Of a DNA stretch of 63,309 bases, positions 19,563 through 29,084 are shown in pieces. A program made the translations under genes and the position numbers. The notes under the pieces were generated by a model. It was not told the DNA's origin, did not search any database, and saw only the letters and a program-made list of their open reading frames with translations. Within the stretch, counting starts at the first letter, position 1; every line of letters begins with the position of its first letter. This DNA is from a virus (taxonomy: Duplodnaviria; Caudoviricetes): the IMG/VR virus record IMGVR_UViG_3300036846_000911, positions 1 through 63,309 of that record; one strand, 5' to 3'.

Positions 19563-20417
19563 GTGGCCGATCCAACCGCACCGCTGCCGGCCGGCCGGGT
19601 CGGCGGGCCGTGCGACTGGCCATTCGACGTGTCGTGCTGCCCCGGCCTGGACATGAGCACAATCGCGGACCCGTTGATGGACATGGCGAAAACGTGGGTC
19701 GCCGAGATCCTGTGGTCGGCGACCGGGCGCCGGTTCGGGTTGTGCGACATGCTGGTGCGCCCCTGCAACCGGGGTTGCCTCAACCGGCTGCCGCTGCCGA
19801 TGCCGACCGTCATGGGCGACCGGTCGATGTGGCCGACGCCGTACCTGTACGGCGGGCAGTGGTTCAACTCGTGCGGCTGCATCCAATACTCCGACTGCTC
19901 ATGTGGCCCGCTCTGCGAACTGGCGCTGCCCGGCCCGATCGACTCGATCACCGAAGTGCTCATCGACGGGGAGGTCATCGACCCGGCCACCTACCGGGTC
20001 GACAACCACCGGCTGCTGGTCCGCCTCGGCGGTGAGGAGTGCTGGCCGCGCTGCCAGCACATGGACGCGAACATCGACGAACCGGGCAGTTTCGCGATCT
20101 CCTACCGGCGCGGCACGCCGGTGCCGGAGGGCGGGGCATACGTCGCCGGGATCTACCTGGGTGAGGTGTTGAAGCAGTGCATCGGCGACAAGTCGTGCCG
20201 GCTGCCGCGCAACGTCACCCAGGTCAACCGGGCCGGGATCACCACCAACTTCTCCGCCGGGGGCGGGAAATTCGCCGGCCTGACCCAACTGCCTGAAGTG
20301 GACATGTGGATCAACCTGGTGAACCCCAACGGTTTAGCCTCGGCCAGCGATGTGTGGTCGCCGGACAACCGAGCCAGGGTCCGCACCGCGACGGCGCCGC
20401 GTGACGTGATGCCGTGA
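19563..20417 (+). CDS. Head-to-tail adaptor
   Basis: LWSATGRRFGLC..VRPC, LPGPIDSITEV.IDG, CRLPRNVT.VNRAG, LPEVDMWI..VNP motifs. Confidence 0.8.
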   Translation: MADPTAPLPAGRVGGPCDWPFDVSCCPGLDMSTIADPLMDMAKTWVAEILWSATGRRFGLCDMLVRPCNRGCLNRLPLPMPTVMGDRSMWPTPYLYGGQWFNSCGCIQYSDCSCGPLCELALPGPIDSITEVLIDGEVIDPATYRVDNHRLLVRLGGEECWPRCQHMDANIDEPGSFAISYRRGTPVPEGGAYVAGIYLGEVLKQCIGDKSCRLPRNVTQVNRAGITTNFSAGGGKFAGLTQLPEVDMWINLVNPNGLASASDVWSPDNRARVRTATAPRDVMP

Positions 20418-20965
20418 CCGCGCCGCTGCTGCCCGTGTGGTGGCCGATCTTCGACACGGTCCGCACCTGCCTGTGTCAGAACCTGGCCGCCACCCTCGGC
20501 GGCCCGGTGGGGCGCTGCTGTGTCCAGCCCGGCGGGGCGATCATCCTGGACGAGTGCTGTGACGGCACCGCCTGGGTACGCGTGGATCGGGTGTGGTTGA
20601 AGGCGGCGGCCGGCACCACGCAGGTTCGCCGTGATCCGATCGGGTGGGGTGGCGCACCCTGCGGCGACCAGATGGTCATGATGACGCTGGGCCTGGGCGT
20701 GATGCGCTGTGCCGCGACGATCGACGAGCGCGGTACCCCGCCCGGCTGCGAAGTCCTGGAAGACGAGTCGATGCGGATGCTCTCCGACATCGACGCCCTC
20801 TACAAAACGGCGGTCTGCTGCCTGGAGGAGAGTTCCGAATCGTTTGCCATCTATGCGACCGAGCCGCTGCTGCTCATCCCGCAGGGGCCGGCCGGCGGCT
20901 GCGTCGGCGCCGAACTGAGCGTGCAGTACACGGTCGAGTTGTGCCCCTGTCTGGATCGAGGGTGA
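20414..20965 (+). CDS. Head-tail connector/tail terminator-like protein
   Basis: Cys-rich; AWVRV, LGVMRCA, PQGPAGGCVG motifs; follows adaptor. Confidence 0.6.
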   Translation: MTAPLLPVWWPIFDTVRTCLCQNLAATLGGPVGRCCVQPGGAIILDECCDGTAWVRVDRVWLKAAAGTTQVRRDPIGWGGAPCGDQMVMMTLGLGVMRCAATIDERGTPPGCEVLEDESMRMLSDIDALYKTAVCCLEESSESFAIYATEPLLLIPQGPAGGCVGAELSVQYTVELCPCLDRG

Positions 20966-20968
20966 ACC

Positions 20969-21223
20969 ATGGCGAAGCGCAGTTTCGGACGCAACACCAA
21001 GGGACGCGGCAACGCGGAGACCCTGCGCCGCTACTGGTCGGAAGGTAAAGGCGCGGCGAAGATTCGCTGGGGCCAGGGCGGCGACTTCAACCGCTGCACC
21101 CGACTGCTGACCAAATACATGCCCGGCCAGGAGAAGGGCTACTGTAACCTGCTGCACAAACGCGCAACAGGCATGTACCCGGCGACCCACGCGAAGCTCA
21201 TCCGGGGCGGACGCAAAAAGTAG
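20969..21223 (+). CDS. Conserved small basic actinophage protein
   Basis: LRRYW..GKGAAKIRWG..GDFNRC...CNLLHKRATG.YP domain seen in actinophage head modules. Confidence 0.7.
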   Translation: MAKRSFGRNTKGRGNAETLRRYWSEGKGAAKIRWGQGGDFNRCTRLLTKYMPGQEKGYCNLLHKRATGMYPATHAKLIRGGRKK

Positions 21224-21255
21224 ACGCTGCGTACACATCTTGCTATTGTGTATAC

Positions 21256-21519
21256 ATGACTCAAATTTCTGCCCGCGCACTGCGGGAAAACCTCGCCGAA
21301 ACCCTGGAATCTGCGGCTCGCGGCGACGATGTGATCGTCACCCGCAACGGCCGCGAACTGGCGGCAGTTATCTCAATGGACGCCTACCGCGCCCTGGTGG
21401 CCATGGAGGACGAGGCGCTGGGGCGCCTCGCCTCGCAGCGCCTGGCCGAGCTGGACCCTTCGATTCCCCTGGCCACCCTGGATGAGGTTCTGGCCGAAAC
21501 GGCGGCCCGCACGTCGTGA
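21256..21519 (+). CDS. Phd/YefM-family antitoxin
   Basis: ISARALRENLAETLE...VIVTRNGRELAAVISMDAY. Confidence 0.9.
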   Translation: MTQISARALRENLAETLESAARGDDVIVTRNGRELAAVISMDAYRALVAMEDEALGRLASQRLAELDPSIPLATLDEVLAETAARTS

Positions 21520-21776
21520 AGTACCGCACCATCTTTGAACCGACCGCCCGCGCCGAACTGCGCAGGCTGGATCGGCGGATTGCAATGCAGATTCTGCACA
21601 AGCTGGCAGAACTGGAGGCCGATCCACTGGGTTGTGCCACCACCGAGCTGGTGACCGCACCCGGTATTCGCCGGCTGCGCGTCGGCGATTACCGGGTGGC
21701 ATACAAGATTGTCAAAAATCAGGTAGTGATCCTGGTCGTCGCGGTTGCGCACCGCAGTGAAATCTACGAAAGATAG
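21516..21776 (+). CDS. relE: RelE/ParE-family toxin
   Basis: RRLRVGDYRVAY.I....VILVVAVAHRSEIY; GTGA overlap with antitoxin. Confidence 0.9.
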   Translation: MKYRTIFEPTARAELRRLDRRIAMQILHKLAELEADPLGCATTELVTAPGIRRLRVGDYRVAYKIVKNQVVILVVAVAHRSEIYER

Positions 21777-21908
21777 AACCGCTCTCACCGGCTGCTGACG
21801 GCCGGCACTGATCCTCGCCAAGCAGTGTCGGCCGTCAGTGTGTATTGGCCGCAAAAAGTCACCCCCGACCGAGGGGGGGAAAGTTCAACGGATACGTATG
21901 CTCTGCAT

Positions 21909-22232
21909 GTGTCCTGGTTGGAACTGCTGTTGGTCGTCCTCGCCGTCGCACGGTTGACGGTGCTGGTACGCGCTGACCGAATCAGCCGACCAATTCGGTA
22001 TGCGGTGGCCAAGAAACTGCCGGAAAACGGCTATCTGCTGTACCTCCTGGACTGTCCGTGGTGTATCGGCATGTGGATCTCCGCCGCCGCAGCCATTTCG
22101 GCCTACTTCTGCTGGCATGACGCCTGGTTCCGCATCCTCACGTTCGCATTGGCACTGTCCTATGTGGTGGGTGCGCTGGCGGCGATGCCGTGGGAGCCGG
22201 ACAGCGATCTACCCAAGCGGGAGGCAGCATAA
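21909..22232 (+). CDS. DUF1360-like membrane protein (possible holin)
   Basis: LAVARLT.LV..D.I..P.R, LL.CPWC.GMW; three hydrophobic segments; start uncertain (ORF open from 21825). Confidence 0.7.
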   Translation: MSWLELLLVVLAVARLTVLVRADRISRPIRYAVAKKLPENGYLLYLLDCPWCIGMWISAAAAISAYFCWHDAWFRILTFALALSYVVGALAAMPWEPDSDLPKREAA

Positions 22233-24197
22233 ATGCCCGCATTCTGGCGCAAAAACGCGACGATTCCACCGGCTGGTGACGCTTTCATCGCCTCGGCAAC
22301 CCCGACGCCACTGATCGACGAGGCAATCGTCGCCTCGGCCGCACGGGTCACGCCGGGAAACCTGCGCTACAACCGTTCATCCTCGGATACGTCGTGGCAA
22401 CGCGAGGCGTGGGACTTCTACGACACAGTCGCCGAGTTCCGCTACGTCTGCGACTGGAAATCGCAGGCCGCCTCGCGGGTGAAACTGTTCATCACCACCG
22501 TGGACGAATCCGGCGAGCCCGACACCGACGCCGCCGGCCCGATACCTTTCGCCACAACGTTTCTGGGTGGCCCGGCGATCCAATCGCAGGTGATCGCCGC
22601 GATGGTGCTGCACCTGGAGATCGTGGGGCTGTGTTTCCTCATCGGCCAGGTGCTCCCCGACGGCGGCGAATCGTGGGACGTCTTCTCCCTGGATGATCTG
22701 CTCGACAACGGCGACGGAACGATCTCGATAGACACCGGCACCGGCCCGATCACCGTCCTTGACCCCAACGCGTCGGTGATTATCAAAATCTGGCGCCCGC
22801 ATCCGCGTAAGAAAGCCGAAGCCAACGCCCCGGCCCGCGCCGCCCGCGCCCCGCTGCGGGAAATCGTGCGCGCCGACCAGTCCATCGCGGCGCAGATCGA
22901 CTCCCGGCTCACCGGCGCCGGGATTCTGTTGCTGCCCAAAGAGTTGACGTTCACCATCTCCGGCGCCAACCAGGACGACGGGCCAGGCGACGACGGCGGC
23001 ACCGACCAGTTCATGACGAAACTGACCGAGTCGATGATGACGTCGATCGCCGACCCCGACTCGGTGGAAGCCGTGGTGCCGATCATCATCCGGGGACCCG
23101 GCGACCAGCTCGACAAGGTCCGTCTGCTGACCATGTCGACGCCGGTCTCCGAGGCGACGATGACGATCCGGGACGGCGCCGTCGGCCGACTGGCACGCGG
23201 CCTGGATGTGGCGGCGGAAGTGTTGCTGGGAATGGGCAACACCAACCACCTCTCCGGCTGGCAGATTGAGGAATCCAACGCGAAAGTCCACCTCGCCAAC
23301 CCACTGGAACTGATCTGCGCCGCGCTGACCGAGCAGTACCTGTGGCCGGCGATGATGGGCCAGGTACCGGACTACCGGCGTTACGTCGTCTGGTACGACC
23401 TCTCCGACCTGGTGCAGCGCCCCGACCGGGCCGCCGACGCCCAGCAAGTTTTCGACCGTGGCGAACTATCCGGCACCGCGCTGCGCCGCGAAAACGGCTT
23501 CACCGAAAACGACCAGCCCACCGACGACGAACGCCGCCGCCACGACCTTCTCGAAGTCGCCGGCAAGGTGCCGATCGCCGCCCCGGCCGTCCTCTCCGAG
23601 CTGCTGCGGGACCTGGGCGTCAACCCCGCCAACGCGCTGCCGGTCGCCCCGGCCGCCGGACCCGGCTCGCAGGGGCGTGGCCTGTCGACCACGGCACCGG
23701 CCGAATCCCGGCCGCTGCCCTCATCGAACCCGGCGCCGCCGACCACCCCGAACGCGCCGACGAATCCGGCCGGCCCGGTGCAGGCGTCCTCCATGGTGAG
23801 CAAAGTCGCCGAACAGCAACACATCGCCAAGGTGCTCGGCGCCGACGCGCACACCACCGGCGTTGTCGCGGCGGCGGAGGCGTTGACACTGCGGGCGCTG
23901 GAAACCGCCGGGAAACGTCTCGTCGGGCGCAGCCGGCACAAGATGGATCAGCTGCGGCTGGAGGCGTGGGACTACCACACCGCACCGGGGATGGCCTGCA
24001 CCCCGACGTCGGCGGAGCGCCTGCTGGAAGGTTGCTTCGCGGCCTGCCCGGTGGTTGCCGCCGCCGCCGGGGTCAACGAGGCGCAGCTGTCCACATGCCT
24101 GCACGACTATGTCAGCGCGCTGCTGTGCGCCGGGGAGTCACACACCTCCACCGCGCTGATCAACCACCTACGCAGCAGCACCCTGTTTCAAATCTGA
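22233..24197 (+). CDS. Portal protein
   Basis: SWQREAWDFYD.V.EFRY, IWRPHPR, RLTGAGILLLP.E, RLARGLDV..EVLLG.G..NH = cluster-B-like portal. Confidence 0.9.
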   Translation: MPAFWRKNATIPPAGDAFIASATPTPLIDEAIVASAARVTPGNLRYNRSSSDTSWQREAWDFYDTVAEFRYVCDWKSQAASRVKLFITTVDESGEPDTDAAGPIPFATTFLGGPAIQSQVIAAMVLHLEIVGLCFLIGQVLPDGGESWDVFSLDDLLDNGDGTISIDTGTGPITVLDPNASVIIKIWRPHPRKKAEANAPARAARAPLREIVRADQSIAAQIDSRLTGAGILLLPKELTFTISGANQDDGPGDDGGTDQFMTKLTESMMTSIADPDSVEAVVPIIIRGPGDQLDKVRLLTMSTPVSEATMTIRDGAVGRLARGLDVAAEVLLGMGNTNHLSGWQIEESNAKVHLANPLELICAALTEQYLWPAMMGQVPDYRRYVVWYDLSDLVQRPDRAADAQQVFDRGELSGTALRRENGFTENDQPTDDERRRHDLLEVAGKVPIAAPAVLSELLRDLGVNPANALPVAPAAGPGSQGRGLSTTAPAESRPLPSSNPAPPTTPNAPTNPAGPVQASSMVSKVAEQQHIAKVLGADAHTTGVVAAAEALTLRALETAGKRLVGRSRHKMDQLRLEAWDYHTAPGMACTPTSAERLLEGCFAACPVVAAAAGVNEAQLSTCLHDYVSALLCAGESHTSTALINHLRSSTLFQI

Positions 24198-24208
24198 AGG
24201 AGTTTACG

Positions 24209-26227
24209 ATGCTGAATACCCGGATTGTGGTGGCGCGGGCCGGCGGCCGTAACTCCGGCCTGCCGATGGCGCTGTTGAATGACCCGCAGGTCATCACCGC
24301 CGCCGCCTACCCGCTGCCGATTTTCGGCGACAACGATGAGCCGCTGGGTCGGGTGTTGAGCCTCGTGGAGCAGGACGGCGTCCTGTACGCAGATGCCGAG
24401 CTGTTCCACGAAGAAGTTCCGGCGTTCACCCACATCAACTACGTCGAGATCGACGTTAAGCACCAGGACGGCCGGCGCATCATCACCTCCGCCGTCCTTG
24501 ACTCACTCACCGCCGCGTCCCCCACGCCACCACCCCCGCCCGCGTCCCCTCCGGCGGGCGGGGGTGGTTCGCCCGACACACCGCCGGTCGACGACACCGG
24601 CGAACCGACCGACGACCCGAACATCACCGTCGACACGGAACTGCCGATCGCCCCGCTGGACACCGCCTGGGACCCGCACACCGCCACCGCCCGGATGCTC
24701 GCCAACGCCAACACCGGCGGCACCGTGGATGCGGAACTACTCGGCAACGGATTCCTCTACCAGGACCCCGGCAGCGACGGCACCTCGGTTGCCGACTACC
24801 AGTTCCCCGTCGCCGACGTCCTTTCCGGCACGCTGACGATCGTCCCCAACGCGCTGCTCGACGCGGCGTCCGTCATCGACGCCGGGGGGCCGGCCACCGA
24901 CCACATCTCCGACGCGGACATGCAGGCCCTGTCCGACGTCCTCGACGAGCTGTACACCCTCGTTGCCGGCGACAGCGGCAGCACCGACACGCCGATGGAT
25001 TCCGGCTGCGCAACCTGCGGCGACAACGCGATGGTCGCCGCCGCCACCGCCGACCTGCCGATCGCCCCCGAATCCACCACCTGGGATGGCAGCGCGGCGG
25101 AGAGTCGCGTGTTGAAGTGGGCGACCGGCGCCGATGGCACCGTCAACGGCACGAAACTGGGCACCGCGTACCTGTACCAGACGCCCGGTTCCGACCCGAC
25201 GTTGCAGGCCAGCTACAAGCTGCCGGTCGCCGACGTCATCAACGGAACCCTGATGGTTGTCCCCGCCGCTGTCCGGGCCGCCGCCGCATCACTGGGCGGC
25301 GCCCGAACAGCGCTGAAAGGTCTCACCCCGGCGGCGAAGAAGACGGCCCGCGCGGTGGTCGACAAGCTGATGGCGAAGGTCCGCGCCGCCGGCAAGTCGT
25401 CGAGCACCCCGGCGAAGCCAACCCCACCAACCCCACCGACCAAGCCGGTGACAGCGAGCGCCGCCACCGGCTGGCGCCGGCACCTGCGCCCACCGGAGGC
25501 ATTCTTCGCGCCGCTGAACCTTTCCGGCCCCACCCCGATCACCGTCACGCCCGACGGGGAAGTGTTCGGCCACTGCGGCGACTGGTCCACCTGCCACCGA
25601 TCCTTTGTCGCCTCCGGCATCTGCATCCCACCGCCACGCTCCACCTGCGACTACTGCCACTACAACCTCGGCACCGTCTACACCGCCGAAGGCAACCCGA
25701 TCAACGTCGGCGCCTACTCGGTCGGCGGTGGGCACGCCAGTCTGGATCTGGGGATGGCCGCCGCCACCGCCCACTACGACAACATCGCCGCCGTCCCCGC
25801 GATCGGGGTGATGCGCGAAGACGAACACGGGCCGTACTTCCACGGCGCGTTGACTCCACAAGCGACCGACGAGCAGATCTACAGCATGCTGGCCTTCCCG
25901 CCCTCCGGCGACTGGCGGGAGGAACGCCCCGGCACCGGCCTGGAGATGATTGCCGTCACCTCCGTTGCCACGCCTGGTTTCGCGGTGAAAGCGAACCTCA
26001 CCGCCGCCGGTGAAGTATCCGCTCTCATCATTCCTCGGCAGGGCGGCTACGCGGTCACGACCAGTGAAAACGCGGATATTCTCACCGAAGTGGCGGCGCT
26101 ACGTGACCAGGCGGTCGCCGTGCTCGCCGCCTCCATCGGCCGCACCCGCGCCGACGAACTTCTCGCCCTGTCCAACCTGATTCACGTCACCGAATACGCG
26201 ACGCTCAACGAGCAGAGCCGCCGATAG
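24209..26227 (+). CDS. Capsid maturation protease-like protein with a duplicated internal domain
   Basis: AAGGAG RBS, ATG 24209; C-terminal PTPITVT.DG.VFGH...TCH, GGGHA, SGDWR..LEMIAV motifs; two copies of LPIAP...WD...YLYQ.PG...Y.[F/L]PVADV..GTL..VP. Confidence 0.7.
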   Translation: MLNTRIVVARAGGRNSGLPMALLNDPQVITAAAYPLPIFGDNDEPLGRVLSLVEQDGVLYADAELFHEEVPAFTHINYVEIDVKHQDGRRIITSAVLDSLTAASPTPPPPPASPPAGGGGSPDTPPVDDTGEPTDDPNITVDTELPIAPLDTAWDPHTATARMLANANTGGTVDAELLGNGFLYQDPGSDGTSVADYQFPVADVLSGTLTIVPNALLDAASVIDAGGPATDHISDADMQALSDVLDELYTLVAGDSGSTDTPMDSGCATCGDNAMVAAATADLPIAPESTTWDGSAAESRVLKWATGADGTVNGTKLGTAYLYQTPGSDPTLQASYKLPVADVINGTLMVVPAAVRAAAASLGGARTALKGLTPAAKKTARAVVDKLMAKVRAAGKSSSTPAKPTPPTPPTKPVTASAATGWRRHLRPPEAFFAPLNLSGPTPITVTPDGEVFGHCGDWSTCHRSFVASGICIPPPRSTCDYCHYNLGTVYTAEGNPINVGAYSVGGGHASLDLGMAAATAHYDNIAAVPAIGVMREDEHGPYFHGALTPQATDEQIYSMLAFPPSGDWREERPGTGLEMIAVTSVATPGFAVKANLTAAGEVSALIIPRQGGYAVTTSENADILTEVAALRDQAVAVLAASIGRTRADELLALSNLIHVTEYATLNEQSRR

Positions 26228-26236
26228 GGAGACCGA

Positions 26237-26500
26237 TTGCTGACCCCCGAGCACCGGGCCGCCAACGAGGCGCTGACCACCGCGATCCAGCAGGTGCTCA
26301 ACGCCTACGGCTGGTCCAAAGACCTGGTGCTCGGCGACTTCGTGGTGATCGGCGCGCAAACCGGCTACAGCGACGACGGGGAAGTCATCAACAACTACTT
26401 CCAGCTGCTGCGCGACGGGGAGATGCCGCACCACCACATCCTCGGGCTGCTGCGCGGCAGTCTCGACCACTACGCCAGCCACGACCACGACGAGGAGTAG
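26237..26500 (+). CDS. Hypothetical protein
   Basis: GGGAG RBS, TTG start, phage-like codon usage. Confidence 0.6.
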   Translation: MLTPEHRAANEALTTAIQQVLNAYGWSKDLVLGDFVVIGAQTGYSDDGEVINNYFQLLRDGEMPHHHILGLLRGSLDHYASHDHDEE

Positions 26501-26504
26501 CGCC

Positions 26505-26678
26505 ATGGGCTGCAACTGCAACCAGCAGGCGGTCACCAAATACCGGCTGACCCGACCGGATCAGACGTACACCGACTTCGACACACTCGATGAGGCGCGG
26601 CACATCAACGACACCGAGGTTGGCGGTAAAGGCATCATCCGCACCGTCCGCACCGTCGTCGCCAAGACGAAGGCGTAG
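26505..26678 (+). CDS. Small MGCNC-type actinophage protein
   Basis: MGCNCNQQAVTKYRLTRPD...GGKGIIRTV, 57 aa, GAGGAG RBS; below the ORF-track cutoff. Confidence 0.65.
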   Translation: MGCNCNQQAVTKYRLTRPDQTYTDFDTLDEARHINDTEVGGKGIIRTVRTVVAKTKA

Positions 26679-26693
26679 CCGGAGGCGTCGCAG

Positions 26694-27383
26694 GTGAACA
26701 AGCTCGTCCTGCTGGACCTGTACTGCGGCGCCGGGGGCGCCGGGGTCGGCTACCAGCGCGCCGGGTTCCGCGTCATCGGCGTCGACCACGTCGCTCAACC
26801 CCTGTACCCGTGCGATTTCATTCAAGGCGACGCCGTTGGGCTGCTGCCGTGGCTGATCCGCCGCTACCGGCCGCACCTCGTGCACGCCTCACCGCCCTGC
26901 CAGGCGCACACCCGCGTCACCAACCTCAACACCAACTTCCGCCGCCACGTTGTCGAAGAGACACTGCTGCCGAAACTGCGGGAAACGCTGCACGAACAGG
27001 GCGTGGACTACGTGATCGAAAACATCAACACCCGGTCCGCCGGCCTGCGCAACCCGATCATGTTGTGCGGCAGCCAATTCGGCCTGGACGTGTACCGGCA
27101 CAGGGGATTCGAGTCGAGCCTGCCGCTGCGCCGTAAGCCGCACCGGCCGCACGTACGGGTCGTCTCCCCCAACGGGGTGATGCCGACAAGTGAACGTCCG
27201 GTGCTCACCATCACCGGACGCAACGGCCGGCAGTCGAAGCAGTGGCAGGCCGCCGCCCGCGCCGCGATGGGCACACCCTGGATCACCGACCTCAACGGCC
27301 TGTGCGAGGCGATCCCGCCGGCCTACACCGAACACATCGGCCGCCAGATCCTGCTCCAGTTCGCCGCCCGGAGGGCCGCATGA
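26694..27383 (+). CDS. DNA cytosine-5 methyltransferase (short phage type)
   Basis: LDLYCGAGG motif I, ASPPCQ catalytic motif IV, VIEN motif VI, RHRGFE, EAIPPAY. Confidence 0.85.
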   Translation: MNKLVLLDLYCGAGGAGVGYQRAGFRVIGVDHVAQPLYPCDFIQGDAVGLLPWLIRRYRPHLVHASPPCQAHTRVTNLNTNFRRHVVEETLLPKLRETLHEQGVDYVIENINTRSAGLRNPIMLCGSQFGLDVYRHRGFESSLPLRRKPHRPHVRVVSPNGVMPTSERPVLTITGRNGRQSKQWQAAARAAMGTPWITDLNGLCEAIPPAYTEHIGRQILLQFAARRAA

Positions 27384-27652
27384 TTCAACTACCGCAACCG
27401 ATCAACGTCACCTTCTTCGAAGTGTCCGTCGAGAAAGTCGAAACCGAGGACGGCACCATCGAAGATGTCCTATCAATAATGATGGGCACGGAAGACCACC
27501 TGGCGGTGTACCGGGTGGGCCTGGATGGCGCCGCCGGCCTGGTCGCCGCGATCGGCGCCATGGCGACAGCCTGCGACGCGCAGTTCATCGCCCGCCTGGA
27601 TGACCAGGCGGATCGCCTCGTCTCCATGCCGCTGATGGCGGAACCCACATGA
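27380..27652 (+). CDS. Hypothetical protein
   Basis: ATGA-coupled ORF. Confidence 0.55.
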   Translation: MIQLPQPINVTFFEVSVEKVETEDGTIEDVLSIMMGTEDHLAVYRVGLDGAAGLVAAIGAMATACDAQFIARLDDQADRLVSMPLMAEPT

Positions 27653-27870
27653 ACCCCGTCACCTTCGCCGACCCGTACAAGGTCTGCACCACCTGTGCGG
27701 GTTGGGTCACCGGCTACGACGACTACGGGGTCATCCCGTGTGGACATGACGACTACGTCGATGTCTGCCCGTCCTGGTCGCCGGTCGGCGGATGCGCCTG
27801 CATGGGCGTACTCGGATACGTTCAGCACGGCACGCCACCCGACCCGCACCGTCCGGGGGTGGTGCTGTGA
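27649..27870 (+). CDS. Small Cys-rich hypothetical protein
   Basis: CTTC, PCGH, VCPSWSPVGGCAC; coupled. Confidence 0.6.
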   Translation: MNPVTFADPYKVCTTCAGWVTGYDDYGVIPCGHDDYVDVCPSWSPVGGCACMGVLGYVQHGTPPDPHRPGVVL

Positions 27871-28163
27871 ACGCCGCCCAACCGCCCCTGTTCGGCGTCC
27901 AGGATGTACCGGCGATGGAACGGCCGCGGCCGATAGGTCGCAATGAATACCTTGCTGGTGTGCCCCGGTATCAGCGGCTGCGCTGCGCCCGCCGGGTGCT
28001 GTGCGACGACTGCGTCCTGCTGCTGTCGCAGAACAACTGGGCCGGCCCGGCGCCGCTGCCCGCCGGGTGGGAACGCAAAACGACCGCCGGGCGGCTGCGG
28101 CTGTGTCACCCGCACATGACCGCCTGGATGAAGGCCGACCGGGCGGGGCGGGAGACGCGATGA
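27867..28163 (+). CDS. Hypothetical protein (CxxC...C..H)
   Basis: GTGA-coupled ORF. Confidence 0.55.
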   Translation: MNAAQPPLFGVQDVPAMERPRPIGRNEYLAGVPRYQRLRCARRVLCDDCVLLLSQNNWAGPAPLPAGWERKTTAGRLRLCHPHMTAWMKADRAGRETR

Positions 28164-28417
28164 AACGCGGCGCGACACTGTGGAACATGCGCACCTGCGG
28201 CGACGCCGAACTCGGCGGGCGGCTACGCGGCGCCCGCAAACGCGCCAAGCTCACCCAGGCCGCGCTCGCCGCCGAACTGGGTGTGTGCACCTCGGCGGTG
28301 TGCATGTGGGAAACCGGGCAGCGCGGCATCGGCATCGACGACCTGCTCGCCTTCGCGCTGGCCACCCACGCCACCTTCGCAGATTTGATCGGCGAGGCGA
28401 ATCTGCCCGTGTACTAA
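28160..28417 (+). CDS. XRE-family HTH transcriptional regulator
   Basis: LGGRLRGARKRAKLTQAALAAELGVCTSAVCMWETGQR. Confidence 0.85.
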   Translation: MKRGATLWNMRTCGDAELGGRLRGARKRAKLTQAALAAELGVCTSAVCMWETGQRGIGIDDLLAFALATHATFADLIGEANLPVY

Positions 28418-28443
28418 CACCGAGCGTGAAAGTTGGGACAGGC

Positions 28444-28764
28444 ATGACCGCGAGCGAACCCGAATACGAACAATGCGACCGCTGCGGGGAACAGTTCCCG
28501 CTGCGCAGCGTCGTGCATGCCGCACTGGCGTTTCACGACAGTTTCGAGGCATACACGGCCTGCACGTTGGATCACCTCGCCGAACTGATCTCGGTGCGCG
28601 CGGTCGACGAGGAACGCCGGCACGGCCACGAGCACGCCCTGGTCGACGACGGCGACCTGGAACCACTGTCGTGGGACGACATTCCGGCGTTGACCGCCCA
28701 GCGCATTCAAGAAGCACTGGAACACCCAGGGACATTCGTGCCACGGCAACGGCCGCAGAGGTGA
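28444..28764 (+). CDS. Hypothetical protein (CDRC)
   Basis: ATG 28444, coupled to next ORF. Confidence 0.5.
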   Translation: MTASEPEYEQCDRCGEQFPLRSVVHAALAFHDSFEAYTACTLDHLAELISVRAVDEERRHGHEHALVDDGDLEPLSWDDIPALTAQRIQEALEHPGTFVPRQRPQR

Positions 28765-29084
28765 GCATGCGCGACATGTTCTTTGGGATCGGCATCGACA
28801 CCGGCTCCAAAATGGTGTCCTGCGACCACTGCTCCATGGTTGTGCCGTGGTCGACGACGCTGATCCTCATCAGCGAAGTCTCGCTGAGGTTCGACCTCGA
28901 CAACCGGCCGCACGCCGCCGAACGCAGCCCGTCGGCGTGCGGACTCATCCAAATCGTCGCCTGCTCACTGGGGTGCCTCGCGCCGCTGGTCGCCGTCGCC
29001 AGTGGGCGCAGCCTCACGCCCAACGGCGGCGACGACGACTACTACGAACGGAAACGGGGACGCCGCCTTGACCACGCTTCGTGA
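28761..29084 (+). CDS. Hypothetical protein (CDHC...CSLGC)
   Basis: GTGA overlap; Zn-finger-like pairs similar to previous ORF. Confidence 0.5.
   Translation: MSMRDMFFGIGIDTGSKMVSCDHCSMVVPWSTTLILISEVSLRFDLDNRPHAAERSPSACGLIQIVACSLGCLAPLVAVASGRSLTPNGGDDDYYERKRGRRLDHAS

Noticed and set aside
23342-24208. 961 aa ORF start at 23342
   Set aside because: The 5' part overlaps the portal gene out of frame and is Arg/Pro-rich noise; a strong RBS supports ATG 24209
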